Shown here piece by piece: positions 8,721 to 17,393 of a stretch of 64,000 nt of DNA. This DNA is from an uncultured Chitinophagaceae bacterium (GTDB taxonomy: Bacteria; Bacteroidota; Bacteroidia; Chitinophagales; Chitinophagaceae). Location: contig CAYZDJ010000005.1 in assembly GCA_964477265.1 (NCBI GenBank), positions 158,659 to 222,658 of the forward strand, written 5' to 3'. The position numbers and the translations under genes were made by a program. The stretch's first letter is position 1. The number at the start of each line of letters is the position of its first letter. The notes beneath the pieces were generated by a model that was not told where the DNA came from, ran no database searches, and saw only the letters and a program-made list of their open reading frames with translations.

Positions 8721-10322
8721 TTATTGCTCAATAGATATCATAGTAAATTTTTGGTCAAAACTTTTGCTGCAATTTAAAATCACATTGAAAAGCTCGCTTC
8801 CATAAATAGAATAGAGATAAGAAAAATTTTCTGTTCTTTCTTGCAAGCTGTTATTGTAAAATAAATCTTCTTTAATATTTTTCAATTGATTTTTCTGGTC
8901 GGTGAATTTTCTTTTTTCTGCACGAAGTATTTTTCTCTCAATATTTTCAATTTGCTTTAAAGTTTTTATAGACGAGGCTTTAACGTGTCTCTGTAAAGTA
9001 GCATCAATTTGTGTTGCCTTTGCTGCAAGTGCATCATAAAGGTTTTTTATAATTTCTTTTTCATCTACCAGTTCAAACGAAGCATTACTTTGCTGCTTAA
9101 CCCAATTGCTAAATAAAGTTTCGGTATCAGTAAATAAATCTTCAACTTTAAGGTTCATTTTTTGCAGCTTAATTTCCTGCTGTTTTTTATACAGTAAAAA
9201 TGAATTTCTCAAAATAATTGGTGGAAAGTTGACACCTGCTTTTTCAAAAACATTTTTAAGTTGCAGCCAATAAGTTACTTCGCCACCACCACCAATAAAT
9301 GCTATGTTTGGCAATATCGTTTCCTGAAAAACAGGACGCAAAATAACATTTGCACTAAACCTTTCAGGATGATTATTTAACTCATTAAGTATTTCATCAA
9401 GCGTAAACTTTAAGCCTAATTTTTCAATTATAAAAACATTACTTTCAAATTCAATCCTCTCACGTTTGTCATCAATTAAATAAAATAAATTAAGATTTCT
9501 GCCTGTTTGTTTTATTTTATAATTTGCATTAATTGCTTCAACAGTTTTGATAACTTCTTTCTCTGAAAATTGCTCTCTTAATTCTTTTTCAACAACAGGA
9601 ATAAATGTTTTTTTTAACTCAACATTATCTGGAATAACAACAAGCAAACCATATTTTCCAAACAAAGTATTTACCAAATTGAATGTACTGTGTTGTATAG
9701 TATCATTGAGTTTGTAGCAATTTTTAAAAATATCAACCAACTCTTTTCCAAAATTATTTACTGCAATTTGTGCTTCAATCGCATTTATTAGTGTTATAAA
9801 GTTTGCATCAACTTTCATTCGCCCAACTGCACCAGTTTGTTGTGTTTGCCACACCAGTTTTTTTTGTTGAATAGTTATATTGCCTAGTTCTTCAAGGTCT
9901 GCATCTTCGCTACCCATGTAATAAGCTGGTACAAATTTAAATTCTGGCAATTGCTCGCTTAAATCATTTGCCATTTTAATGGCGTGTAAAATTTTATAAA
10001 TAAAATAAAGTGGACCAATGAAAATGTTGGGTTGATGTGCAGTTGTAACTGTAAAACAATTTGATTTTTTTAATAACGCTATGTTTTGTAGTTGTATAGT
10101 TGTTGGGTTGCTTTGTGCATATTGCTGTTCAAAATAACGCACAAGTGTATCTCTGTTTGTATAATTTTTTTGCTTGTTTTCAATGGCTTGCTTTATGCCT
10201 TGCAAATTTGGTTGATAGGTGTAAAAGTCCTGCAGTTGCTGGCTTTCATCAATATAATCTATAACAAATTTCGAAAAAAAATGTGTTTGCTTATATGGCA
10301 GCGTTCTACAATCAAATTTCAT
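8721..10322 (-). CDS. bshC: Bacillithiol biosynthesis cysteine-adding enzyme
   Basis: ~533 aa. N-terminus MKFDCRTLPYKQTHFFSKFVIDYI matches the Bacteroidota BshC pattern, and the C-terminus is coiled-coil. Start set at the ATG at 10322. Confidence 0.7.
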   Translation of the reverse strand: MKFDCRTLPYKQTHFFSKFVIDYIDESQQLQDFYTYQPNLQGIKQAIENKQKNYTNRDTLVRYFEQQYAQSNPTTIQLQNIALLKKSNCFTVTTAHQPNIFIGPLYFIYKILHAIKMANDLSEQLPEFKFVPAYYMGSEDADLEELGNITIQQKKLVWQTQQTGAVGRMKVDANFITLINAIEAQIAVNNFGKELVDIFKNCYKLNDTIQHSTFNLVNTLFGKYGLLVVIPDNVELKKTFIPVVEKELREQFSEKEVIKTVEAINANYKIKQTGRNLNLFYLIDDKRERIEFESNVFIIEKLGLKFTLDEILNELNNHPERFSANVILRPVFQETILPNIAFIGGGGEVTYWLQLKNVFEKAGVNFPPIILRNSFLLYKKQQEIKLQKMNLKVEDLFTDTETLFSNWVKQQSNASFELVDEKEIIKNLYDALAAKATQIDATLQRHVKASSIKTLKQIENIERKILRAEKRKFTDQKNQLKNIKEDLFYNNSLQERTENFSYLYSIYGSELFNVILNCSKSFDQKFTMISIEQ

Positions 10323-10326
10323 AAAA

Positions 10327-10334
10327 CAAATGTA
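10327..10334 (-). promoter_or_regulatory. Candidate -7 box (TACATTTG on minus strand) 4 nt from the bshC ATG; possible leaderless transcript
   Basis: CAAATGTA on the plus strand at 10327-10334. The ATG occupies 10322-10320. Confidence 0.3.
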
Positions 10335-10440
10335 GGGCAGATGAATTATCAATATTCAATTTTTACCAATAGCATAATTGCCTACGATAAAATGTGTTTT
10401 ACAGTTGTTATACTTTATTACAACCCCCTATCTTTAGCCA

Positions 10441-11460
10441 ATGAAGAAAATAGTATTATGGTGCTTTTTGTTGTTGTGTTTAATAGCAGGAATTGTGGCT
10501 TATTTAGTGCTTAGCCCAGCAACAAGTTTTAAACAAGATAGCAAAACTGTATTGATAGAAGAATCTCAAATTAACAAAGACAGTTTAATAAAATTGTTGG
10601 TTGATAAAAATATTATTTCAAATGCTTTTGTGTTTGAACAATTAGGTAACCAAATGAAAATTTGGGACAGGATTAAAAGTGGTAAATACAAAATAAATAA
10701 TGGCGAAAGCTTGCTTGATATTGCAAGGATATTCAGAAATAATAAGCAAGCCGAAGTAAACTTGATAATTAATAAAATACGTACACCGCAAGACCTTGCA
10801 AAGCTAATAGGCAAAAGCTTTTCGACAGATTCGGCAACTACATTGTCTATCATAACAAATACCAATACTTTGGCAACTATAAATGCAGATAGCAATAGTT
10901 TATTGTTTAATATTATTCCTAATACTTATAGTTTTTACTGGAGCACACCAGTTGATAAAATACTTGAAAAGCTTGCAGTTGAATCAAAAAAATTTTGGGA
11001 TAATAATGACCGAACAAATAAAGCTGCTAATATGGGCTTAACTCCTTTTCAGGTTTATACCATTGCAAGCATTGTAGAAGAGGAGACTAATAAAGAAGAA
11101 GATAAAGGTAAAATTGCAAGTGTTTATATTAACAGATTGAGTAAAGGAATGAATTTGGGTGCAGACCCTACTGTAAAATTTGCATTGAAAGATTTTGCAA
11201 TCAAAAGAGTTTTGCATGAACATTTAACAGTAGAATCTCCTTACAATACTTATAAATATAAAGGTTTGCCCCCAGGTGCAATTTGTACACCAAGCATTAA
11301 AACTATTGATGCAGTTTTAAATGCACCACGAACAGATTATTTGTTTTTTTGTGCAGATGCAAGCTTTAATGGATACAGCCATTTCAGCAGCAATTTTGCA
11401 GAGCACCAGCAATATGCAAAGCAATACCATAAAGCACAAGACGATAGAAATATAAAATAA
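10441..11460 (+). CDS. mltG: Endolytic murein transglycosylase MltG (YceG-like)
   Basis: N-terminal TM, ASIVEEETNKEEDKGKIASVYINRL and GADPTVKF motifs typical of YceG/MltG. Confidence 0.85.
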   Translation: MKKIVLWCFLLLCLIAGIVAYLVLSPATSFKQDSKTVLIEESQINKDSLIKLLVDKNIISNAFVFEQLGNQMKIWDRIKSGKYKINNGESLLDIARIFRNNKQAEVNLIINKIRTPQDLAKLIGKSFSTDSATTLSIITNTNTLATINADSNSLLFNIIPNTYSFYWSTPVDKILEKLAVESKKFWDNNDRTNKAANMGLTPFQVYTIASIVEEETNKEEDKGKIASVYINRLSKGMNLGADPTVKFALKDFAIKRVLHEHLTVESPYNTYKYKGLPPGAICTPSIKTIDAVLNAPRTDYLFFCADASFNGYSHFSSNFAEHQQYAKQYHKAQDDRNIK

Positions 11461-11463
11461 TTG

Positions 11464-12438
11464 ATGACTAACTTAGAAAGAAAAATTGCTTCATCCCCTC
11501 CAATTGCTTTTTTAATCAAAAAGAGTAAAACCTTTGTATTGCCCGGATTTCAGGGTTTGCCTTTATATGATGTTATCACTTTTTTCTTTCAACAAATAAA
11601 CAGAGTTGGGTTAAATGCACGTGCAGCAGCTATATCGTTTAATTTTATAATGGCAATACCTGCAACCTGCATTTTCATTTTTACATTAGTACCTTATTTG
11701 CCCATTGCAAAACAGTTTAACACAGAATTATTGAAACTTACAAAAGAGCTTACTCCAAACCAATCTACATACTTATTTGTAAGGGATTTTTTAGATGATT
11801 TTTTTGGAAGACAGCGTGGTGGCTTGCTTTCGTTTGGTATTTTATTGGCGTTGTTTTATGCATCAAATGCAATGATGGGAATTATTAGAACATTTGACAA
11901 TTCAATTGCAGAAAAAAAAGCATGGTTCTTTCATAAAAGATGGAGAGCTATAAAACTTACTTTTTTAATGATGTTTTTGGTAATAGGTTCTATATTAATA
12001 TTGATAGGGCAGGAGCAGTTAACTGTGTTGCTCAAAAAGTTGTTTCATATTTCTCGTAGAGGTAAAATTCCTTGGTGGAACAGCGTTAGATGGATTTTAA
12101 TATTGGTATTTGTTTTTTATAGTATTGCCTTTATTTACAAGTATGCACCAAGCGTTCACAAGCGTTGGAAGTTATTATCTCCAGGTTCTATTTTAGCAAC
12201 AATATTATTGTTAACTACTACAATTTTATTTAGCTATTGGGTAAATAATTTTGCCAACTTTAACAAGATTTATGGTTCTATTGGTACTGTGTTAATTATA
12301 ATGAATTTGATTTATTTTAACTCAATGGTTTTAATTATTGGATTTGAGTTAAACGTAAGTATAACACAGCTTTTAGCTAAAGCGTCAATAAGAAAACAGC
12401 ACGAAAATGCAATTGAAGAATTTGAAGCAGCAAGTTAA
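11464..12438 (+). CDS. YihY/BrkB family membrane protein
   Basis: Multi-pass membrane protein with AAAISFNFIMAIPA and YGSIGTVLIIMNLIYF signatures of the YihY/virulence factor BrkB family. The ATG is at 11464. Confidence 0.75.
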   Translation: MTNLERKIASSPPIAFLIKKSKTFVLPGFQGLPLYDVITFFFQQINRVGLNARAAAISFNFIMAIPATCIFIFTLVPYLPIAKQFNTELLKLTKELTPNQSTYLFVRDFLDDFFGRQRGGLLSFGILLALFYASNAMMGIIRTFDNSIAEKKAWFFHKRWRAIKLTFLMMFLVIGSILILIGQEQLTVLLKKLFHISRRGKIPWWNSVRWILILVFVFYSIAFIYKYAPSVHKRWKLLSPGSILATILLLTTTILFSYWVNNFANFNKIYGSIGTVLIIMNLIYFNSMVLIIGFELNVSITQLLAKASIRKQHENAIEEFEAAS

Positions 12439-12499
12439 ATTTTTATAATTTTTTTCGCTAAGAGGCTATTTTAAAATGCGAATTATTGAACACAGATGA

Positions 12500-12541
12500 C
12501 ACAGATTCTACAGATTTATTATGTTTTATTTTTAATCTGTG
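12500..12541. terminator. Possible hairpin between convergent genes (CACAGATT...AATCTGTG)
   Basis: 8-bp arms CACAGATT (12500-12507) / AATCTGTG (12534-12541) in a CACAGAT-rich low-complexity spacer. The loop is long, so terminator function is uncertain. Confidence 0.3.
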
Positions 12542-12548
12542 TGCCACT

Positions 12549-13292
12549 TTATTTCATTCTTTGTGTCATTGCTTCATACAAAATCATTCCTGTTGCAACC
12601 GAAACGTTTAAAGACTCAAACTTGGCAACCATTGGAATGTTAAATTGTTCGTCACAAATTTTCATTACAGCAGGATAAACTCCATTTTCTTCTCCACCCA
12701 TTACTATACAACAAGGCTCTTGAAATTCAATGTTCATAAGGGTTTTATTGGCTTTCATTTCACTAGCAAAAACCTTTATGCCATTCAAATGCAATTCATC
12801 AATTGCCTTCATTAAACTAGTTACTCTGCATATATGAATATGCTCTAAAGCACCAGCACTACTTTTCATTGCTTCTTCATTTAATGCACCAACTCCCTTA
12901 TCTGGAATAATGATTGCCTGTGCACCACAGCATAATGCAGTACGTGCAATGGCACCAATATTTCTAACATCAGTAACACCATCAAGCATAACAAACAAAG
13001 GAGTTTCACCTTTGTCAACAATAAAATCTATAACCTGTTGCACAGATATATAATTTACCAAAGCTGCAAACGCAATAACCCCCTGATGATTGGCTCTTGA
13101 AAAACTATTTAATTTTTCTACAGGCACAAATTGCATTGGTATTTGATGCTGCTTGCATAAATCTCTTACTTGTGCAGATGTTTCGGCATTGATATTTTTT
13201 TGAACAAATATTTTATCAATAGTTGTGCCTGCTGAAACTGCTTCAAACAAAGGTTGCTTGCCAATAATTAATCTGCTTTTAAATGATGCCAT
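12549..13292 (-). CDS. rlmB: 23S rRNA (guanosine-2'-O)-methyltransferase, SpoU/TrmH family
   Basis: N-terminal substrate-binding domain plus SpoU motifs (DGVTDVRNIGAIARTA, IVMGGEENG, ESLNVSVATG). Confidence 0.85.
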   Translation of the reverse strand: MASFKSRLIIGKQPLFEAVSAGTTIDKIFVQKNINAETSAQVRDLCKQHQIPMQFVPVEKLNSFSRANHQGVIAFAALVNYISVQQVIDFIVDKGETPLFVMLDGVTDVRNIGAIARTALCCGAQAIIIPDKGVGALNEEAMKSSAGALEHIHICRVTSLMKAIDELHLNGIKVFASEMKANKTLMNIEFQEPCCIVMGGEENGVYPAVMKICDEQFNIPMVAKFESLNVSVATGMILYEAMTQRMK

Positions 13293-13296
13293 TTGG

Positions 13297-13304
13297 CAAA
13301 AATA
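13297..13304 (-). promoter_or_regulatory. Candidate -7 box (TATTTTTG on minus strand) 4 nt from the rlmB ATG; possible leaderless transcript
   Basis: CAAAAATA on the plus strand at 13297-13304. The ATG occupies 13292-13290. Confidence 0.3.
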
Positions 13305-13333
13305 AGTATCTGGAAATTGCGTGAATAAAATCT

Positions 13334-16300
13334 TTAGTGTAGTAAAGTTATGCTGCCAGATTTTGTTTCATTAGTACCAGTAGTTGTTCTGTAATTAATG
13401 ATGTAATAATAGACATCAGTTGGCAAAGGTTTGTTATTCATCATTCCATTCCAACCCTTATTAACACTTGCTGTTTCAAAAACTTTTTGCCCCCAGCGAT
13501 TAAAAATGTACATTTTAAATTGAATAATACAACTACCATCGAAAGGTTTAAACTCATCATTAATACCATCGCCATTTGGGCTAAATGTATTTGCAAAGTT
13601 AGAATTTATTGAACCACTGTAAACTACTTTCATTGTGTCTAAACCACTGCAACCATTGTTATCAGTAACTTGTAACCAATAAGTATTTAAACCATTTAAT
13701 GCAATTGATGAGGTTGTTTCTCCTGTTCTCCAATTATAATTTTTATAACCATTTACAGTATATAATTCCCCTAAACATACTTGCAAATTTGTTGGTAAAA
13801 AGTTTGCAGGGTTATTAAATGTATTAATTAATACGAAACTATCTCTTGCTTTACAACCCAAACTATCACTCACTTCTACCCAATACAATCCAATATTTTT
13901 TACATTGATTGATGAAGAAATGCTGCCAGTATTCCATACATATTTTTTAAAACTTCCAGGATATAAATTAACAATATCGCCTTCGCAAATAGATGTGTCT
14001 TGCTGTAGTTGTGGATGCAAATTATTAGTAACAATTAAGTTTAAAATATGTATCGTATCGCAATTGCCAGTTTTAGTCGTATCTCTATAAATACCACTTG
14101 CAGTATAGCCATTATAAATACTACCTTGACAAATAGTTTTTGTAGTGCTATCTTTTAAATATGCACTTGAAGTAATGCTTATATGCAGCAAACTATCACA
14201 ATTATTGGCTAAATGAAACACAGTATCAAAAGGTGAACTATGCCCCCAAAACGCTTGCCCAGCACATATTTGCTTGTAAATTGTATCGCGTTTATTAGTA
14301 ATAATTATTAGATGTTGTTGAATAATACTATCGCAGCCTAAACTATTTTTTATTGTTGTTGATACAACCTGACTTGTAGTATATGTTATGCTATTAATAA
14401 TAACACTGCCACAAGCTGTGATAGTATCTTTTGTTGTTGATGCAGCAGGTAAAACTATTAAGTTTAAAATAATTAAACTATCGCAACCAGTGCTATTAAT
14501 TGTGGTATCATTATAGCTGCCTGTTGTACTGTGTCCCAAATATGTTTGTCCACTGCAAATAGTTTTATTTGTTGTTGCAGTGGTTGATTGATAACAAGTA
14601 GAAATTAATGGTGCATTATCAGTTTTATCCCATGTTACAGATGCACTTAATGTTGCATTATTTGCATTTGGTGAGGCATCTTTTAATGTAGTTCCTTTAC
14701 CTTCATTGCTATGATAATATGCAACCAAACCTGTTTCATTTGCATTTAAGCACTTATCATAACTGGCTTGTATTTGTATTGCAGTTCTTGGATAATTCCA
14801 AAATCTTATTTCATCTAACTTGCCTGCAAATGCACTATCTATAAGGCTTGTATAACTTCCTATTCCAAAAAAAGGCAATAAAGTTGGATTAATTGCACCA
14901 TGTGTATTTGGTTTTGTATCAACTAAAATTCCATTAACATAAAGATTAGAAACATTGTTTGCATAATCTCTAACTGCTGCAACATGATACCAAGTATTTG
15001 GCACAAAACCACCTGTAGGAAAGTATTTGCAAGGAGTATTATCTCTATCTGCACAGCCATTTGGACCATCTGCAACAAAGCACAATTCTTTTTGTTGTGC
15101 AACCTGTGGCCATCCAAAACCTAAAACTATATCCTGACATTGTGGTACATCTAGTACTGAAATTATTTTACAACGAGAATTGCTTGTTGTGCTACTATTG
15201 TTGTAGTAACTACTGTTAAACCAAAGCTCCCAAGTAAACCCAGTATTTGGGAAATAGTTTTTTATGGGCGAAGGAGGAGTTATTTTACTTGTTTTAGTAA
15301 GTTTAACAACGCCTTGGCAATTTGGGTTTGGTGGTGTGGTACAATTTTTAACTACGACTTGCTTACAAAAACTATTTTGCGTAGCTAAACCTTCATCAAT
15401 AGTTAAATTTATATTATAAGTGCCAACAGCATTGTAGCTTATTTGTGGTGGGGTTTGTAAAGATGAATTGGGAATGGAAGAGTTGGTGCAGCCTGCAATT
15501 TTTAAACACGTTAATGTATTTGACCCTGTGTTAGGAATGAATATATATTTATCATTACCAACAATAAATTCTTTTGAAAATGAGTGAGGTCCATTAAGAC
15601 TACCAATATTGCCCAAACTTATGCCAGTAGGCACGTTTAACAAACTACCATTAAAATTCAGTTTAGAAATATCGTGCCCAGATTGGTTACATACATAAGC
15701 ATATACTTCACCACAATTATTATAAATCTGTATTCCTCTTGGCCAAGACAAAACATTATTTGGGTTTCCTAAATTGGTACCTGTTGGTGTGTTAAGTAAT
15801 GAGCTGCCAAAATCTAATCTTGAAATGGAATGTCCTTTTGTATTTGAAACAAAAATTCTTTGAATACCATTATCATTTATAACCTGAAAGCTTGAAGGCC
15901 AGTTCAAATTTCCAATATTGCCAAGATTAATACCAGTTGGTGTATTATTAAAACTATTGGTAAAATTTATTCTTGATATCGTATTAGATTCTGCATTAAA
16001 TAAAATGCCATACCAGATATTATTTTCTTGCCATAAATGCAATTGATGCGGCTGGTCAAGTGTACCAATATTTCCCCAATCTGTAGTTGCAGGACTTGTA
16101 TTTGTAATGTTTGTTCCAAAATCTAATTTCACAATTTTAGGACCAGTACTTGTAACATTACTGCCACCCACAATTATTGCAATCCAGTTTCCGTTTTGTT
16201 TTACCAATTTTATATCTTCTCCTCCAGAACCACTCCAAAGCACACCATTCGGATTACCTAAAAACACTGCCGTTGGTGTGTTTAACAAACTATTTCCAAA

Positions 16301-17290
16301 ATCTAAACGTGTAATTCCGCCAGGATTGAAGTTAAAAACAAAGCCATAATAATTGCCATTGTCAAGTACATAATCCATAAAAACAGGAACAGAAAAATTG
16401 CCACCAATATTGCCTAAATTAACTCCACTAACATTTGCATTTGCACCAGCATCGCAAAAATTCCAATTATATGTTGTAGCGTTTGATGAAGTATTGGTTA
16501 TTGTAAAATTTTGATTTATACAAACTGTATCTGGTGCAATAAAAGATGCAATGGGTGTAATATCGTTGCAATGATTATCATTTAGTTTAAATAGTGAATC
16601 AACTTCCAAGTTACTTAAGTTCCTATTATAAATTCTTACTTCATCCATTTTACCTTTAAAATAATCCCCACTTGCTTCGCCTTTTCTCCCAAATGCTATA
16701 GTAGAATTTGCACCATCTTGAATAATAAAATGTGTTTTTGTTAGATCTTGTGCTTCAAGTTGCCCATTTACATATAAATGCCAAATACCATTTTTATAAG
16801 TTACTACAACATTGTACCAACATTTGTTATTTGTCATTGTAGTTGTACCATTAACGATATTATTAGCAGCCCAACCTGTCATTGCCTTGTTATTTACTAA
16901 GTATGAGCCATAGTTCCATAAGGAAGCATTATAATTTGAATTAAAAGGAGATTTTACAACTAATGCTTGTGCTAGCCAAGAAGAATTTTGATAAGGTAAA
17001 ACCCAAGTTGAAATTGAGAATGAATCGATTGGAGCAAAATCATATTTAGCATTAAATGGCAAGCTAATATATGAGGTAGCACCATCAAATTCATAAGCAT
17101 TATTAGTTACACCAAAAGCATCTGTGGTAAGGGTTGCACCATTAACTGCACCATTAATATTATTGCCACTTGCATCATTAGCATTACCATTAAAAGGATA
17201 ATATGCAATTAAACCTTGTGTAAGATTTACTTGAGCTGCTGTATTCAACGACAAAGCAAGAAATAAAATTAAAATTAAATTTGAACGCAT
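13334..17290 (-). CDS. 1318-aa T9SS type B cargo: LamG - PKD-like - six-repeat propeller-like region - PKD-like - LamG - Cys-bracketed modules - Ig-like repeats - type B sorting domain
   Basis: Signal peptide. Two LamG/Laminin_G_3 signatures (LIAYYPFNGNANDASGN...GKMDEVRIYNRNLS; GKLDEIRFWNYPRT). Six ~50-aa repeats with the [LI][DN]F[GTN]xSxxNTPTG motif. Four GCDS modules. C-terminal FSPNGDGINDEF...GWNG...DVYYY = gliding-motility CHU_C/T9SS type B domain. Confidence 0.85.
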   Translation of the reverse strand: MRSNLILILFLALSLNTAAQVNLTQGLIAYYPFNGNANDASGNNINGAVNGATLTTDAFGVTNNAYEFDGATSYISLPFNAKYDFAPIDSFSISTWVLPYQNSSWLAQALVVKSPFNSNYNASLWNYGSYLVNNKAMTGWAANNIVNGTTTMTNNKCWYNVVVTYKNGIWHLYVNGQLEAQDLTKTHFIIQDGANSTIAFGRKGEASGDYFKGKMDEVRIYNRNLSNLEVDSLFKLNDNHCNDITPIASFIAPDTVCINQNFTITNTSSNATTYNWNFCDAGANANVSGVNLGNIGGNFSVPVFMDYVLDNGNYYGFVFNFNPGGITRLDFGNSLLNTPTAVFLGNPNGVLWSGSGGEDIKLVKQNGNWIAIIVGGSNVTSTGPKIVKLDFGTNITNTSPATTDWGNIGTLDQPHQLHLWQENNIWYGILFNAESNTISRINFTNSFNNTPTGINLGNIGNLNWPSSFQVINDNGIQRIFVSNTKGHSISRLDFGSSLLNTPTGTNLGNPNNVLSWPRGIQIYNNCGEVYAYVCNQSGHDISKLNFNGSLLNVPTGISLGNIGSLNGPHSFSKEFIVGNDKYIFIPNTGSNTLTCLKIAGCTNSSIPNSSLQTPPQISYNAVGTYNINLTIDEGLATQNSFCKQVVVKNCTTPPNPNCQGVVKLTKTSKITPPSPIKNYFPNTGFTWELWFNSSYYNNSSTTSNSRCKIISVLDVPQCQDIVLGFGWPQVAQQKELCFVADGPNGCADRDNTPCKYFPTGGFVPNTWYHVAAVRDYANNVSNLYVNGILVDTKPNTHGAINPTLLPFFGIGSYTSLIDSAFAGKLDEIRFWNYPRTAIQIQASYDKCLNANETGLVAYYHSNEGKGTTLKDASPNANNATLSASVTWDKTDNAPLISTCYQSTTATTNKTICSGQTYLGHSTTGSYNDTTINSTGCDSLIILNLIVLPAASTTKDTITACGSVIINSITYTTSQVVSTTIKNSLGCDSIIQQHLIIITNKRDTIYKQICAGQAFWGHSSPFDTVFHLANNCDSLLHISITSSAYLKDSTTKTICQGSIYNGYTASGIYRDTTKTGNCDTIHILNLIVTNNLHPQLQQDTSICEGDIVNLYPGSFKKYVWNTGSISSSINVKNIGLYWVEVSDSLGCKARDSFVLINTFNNPANFLPTNLQVCLGELYTVNGYKNYNWRTGETTSSIALNGLNTYWLQVTDNNGCSGLDTMKVVYSGSINSNFANTFSPNGDGINDEFKPFDGSCIIQFKMYIFNRWGQKVFETASVNKGWNGMMNNKPLPTDVYYYIINYRTTTGTNETKSGSITLLH

Positions 17291-17393
17291 TTGAATATTG
17301 AAGGTTGAAAAGCATCAAATAATGAATCTCGATAATCTTTTTTGGGTAAAATGCCCCAAAATATTTTGAGGCATTTTGTGCTTTTTTTATAAT

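Noticed and set aside
17350-17385. Hairpin AAAATGCC...GGCATTTT downstream of the 781-aa LamG gene as a terminator
   Set aside because: The stem is short and AT-rich and, on the transcribed (minus) strand, is not followed by a T-run. The evidence is too weak to annotate.
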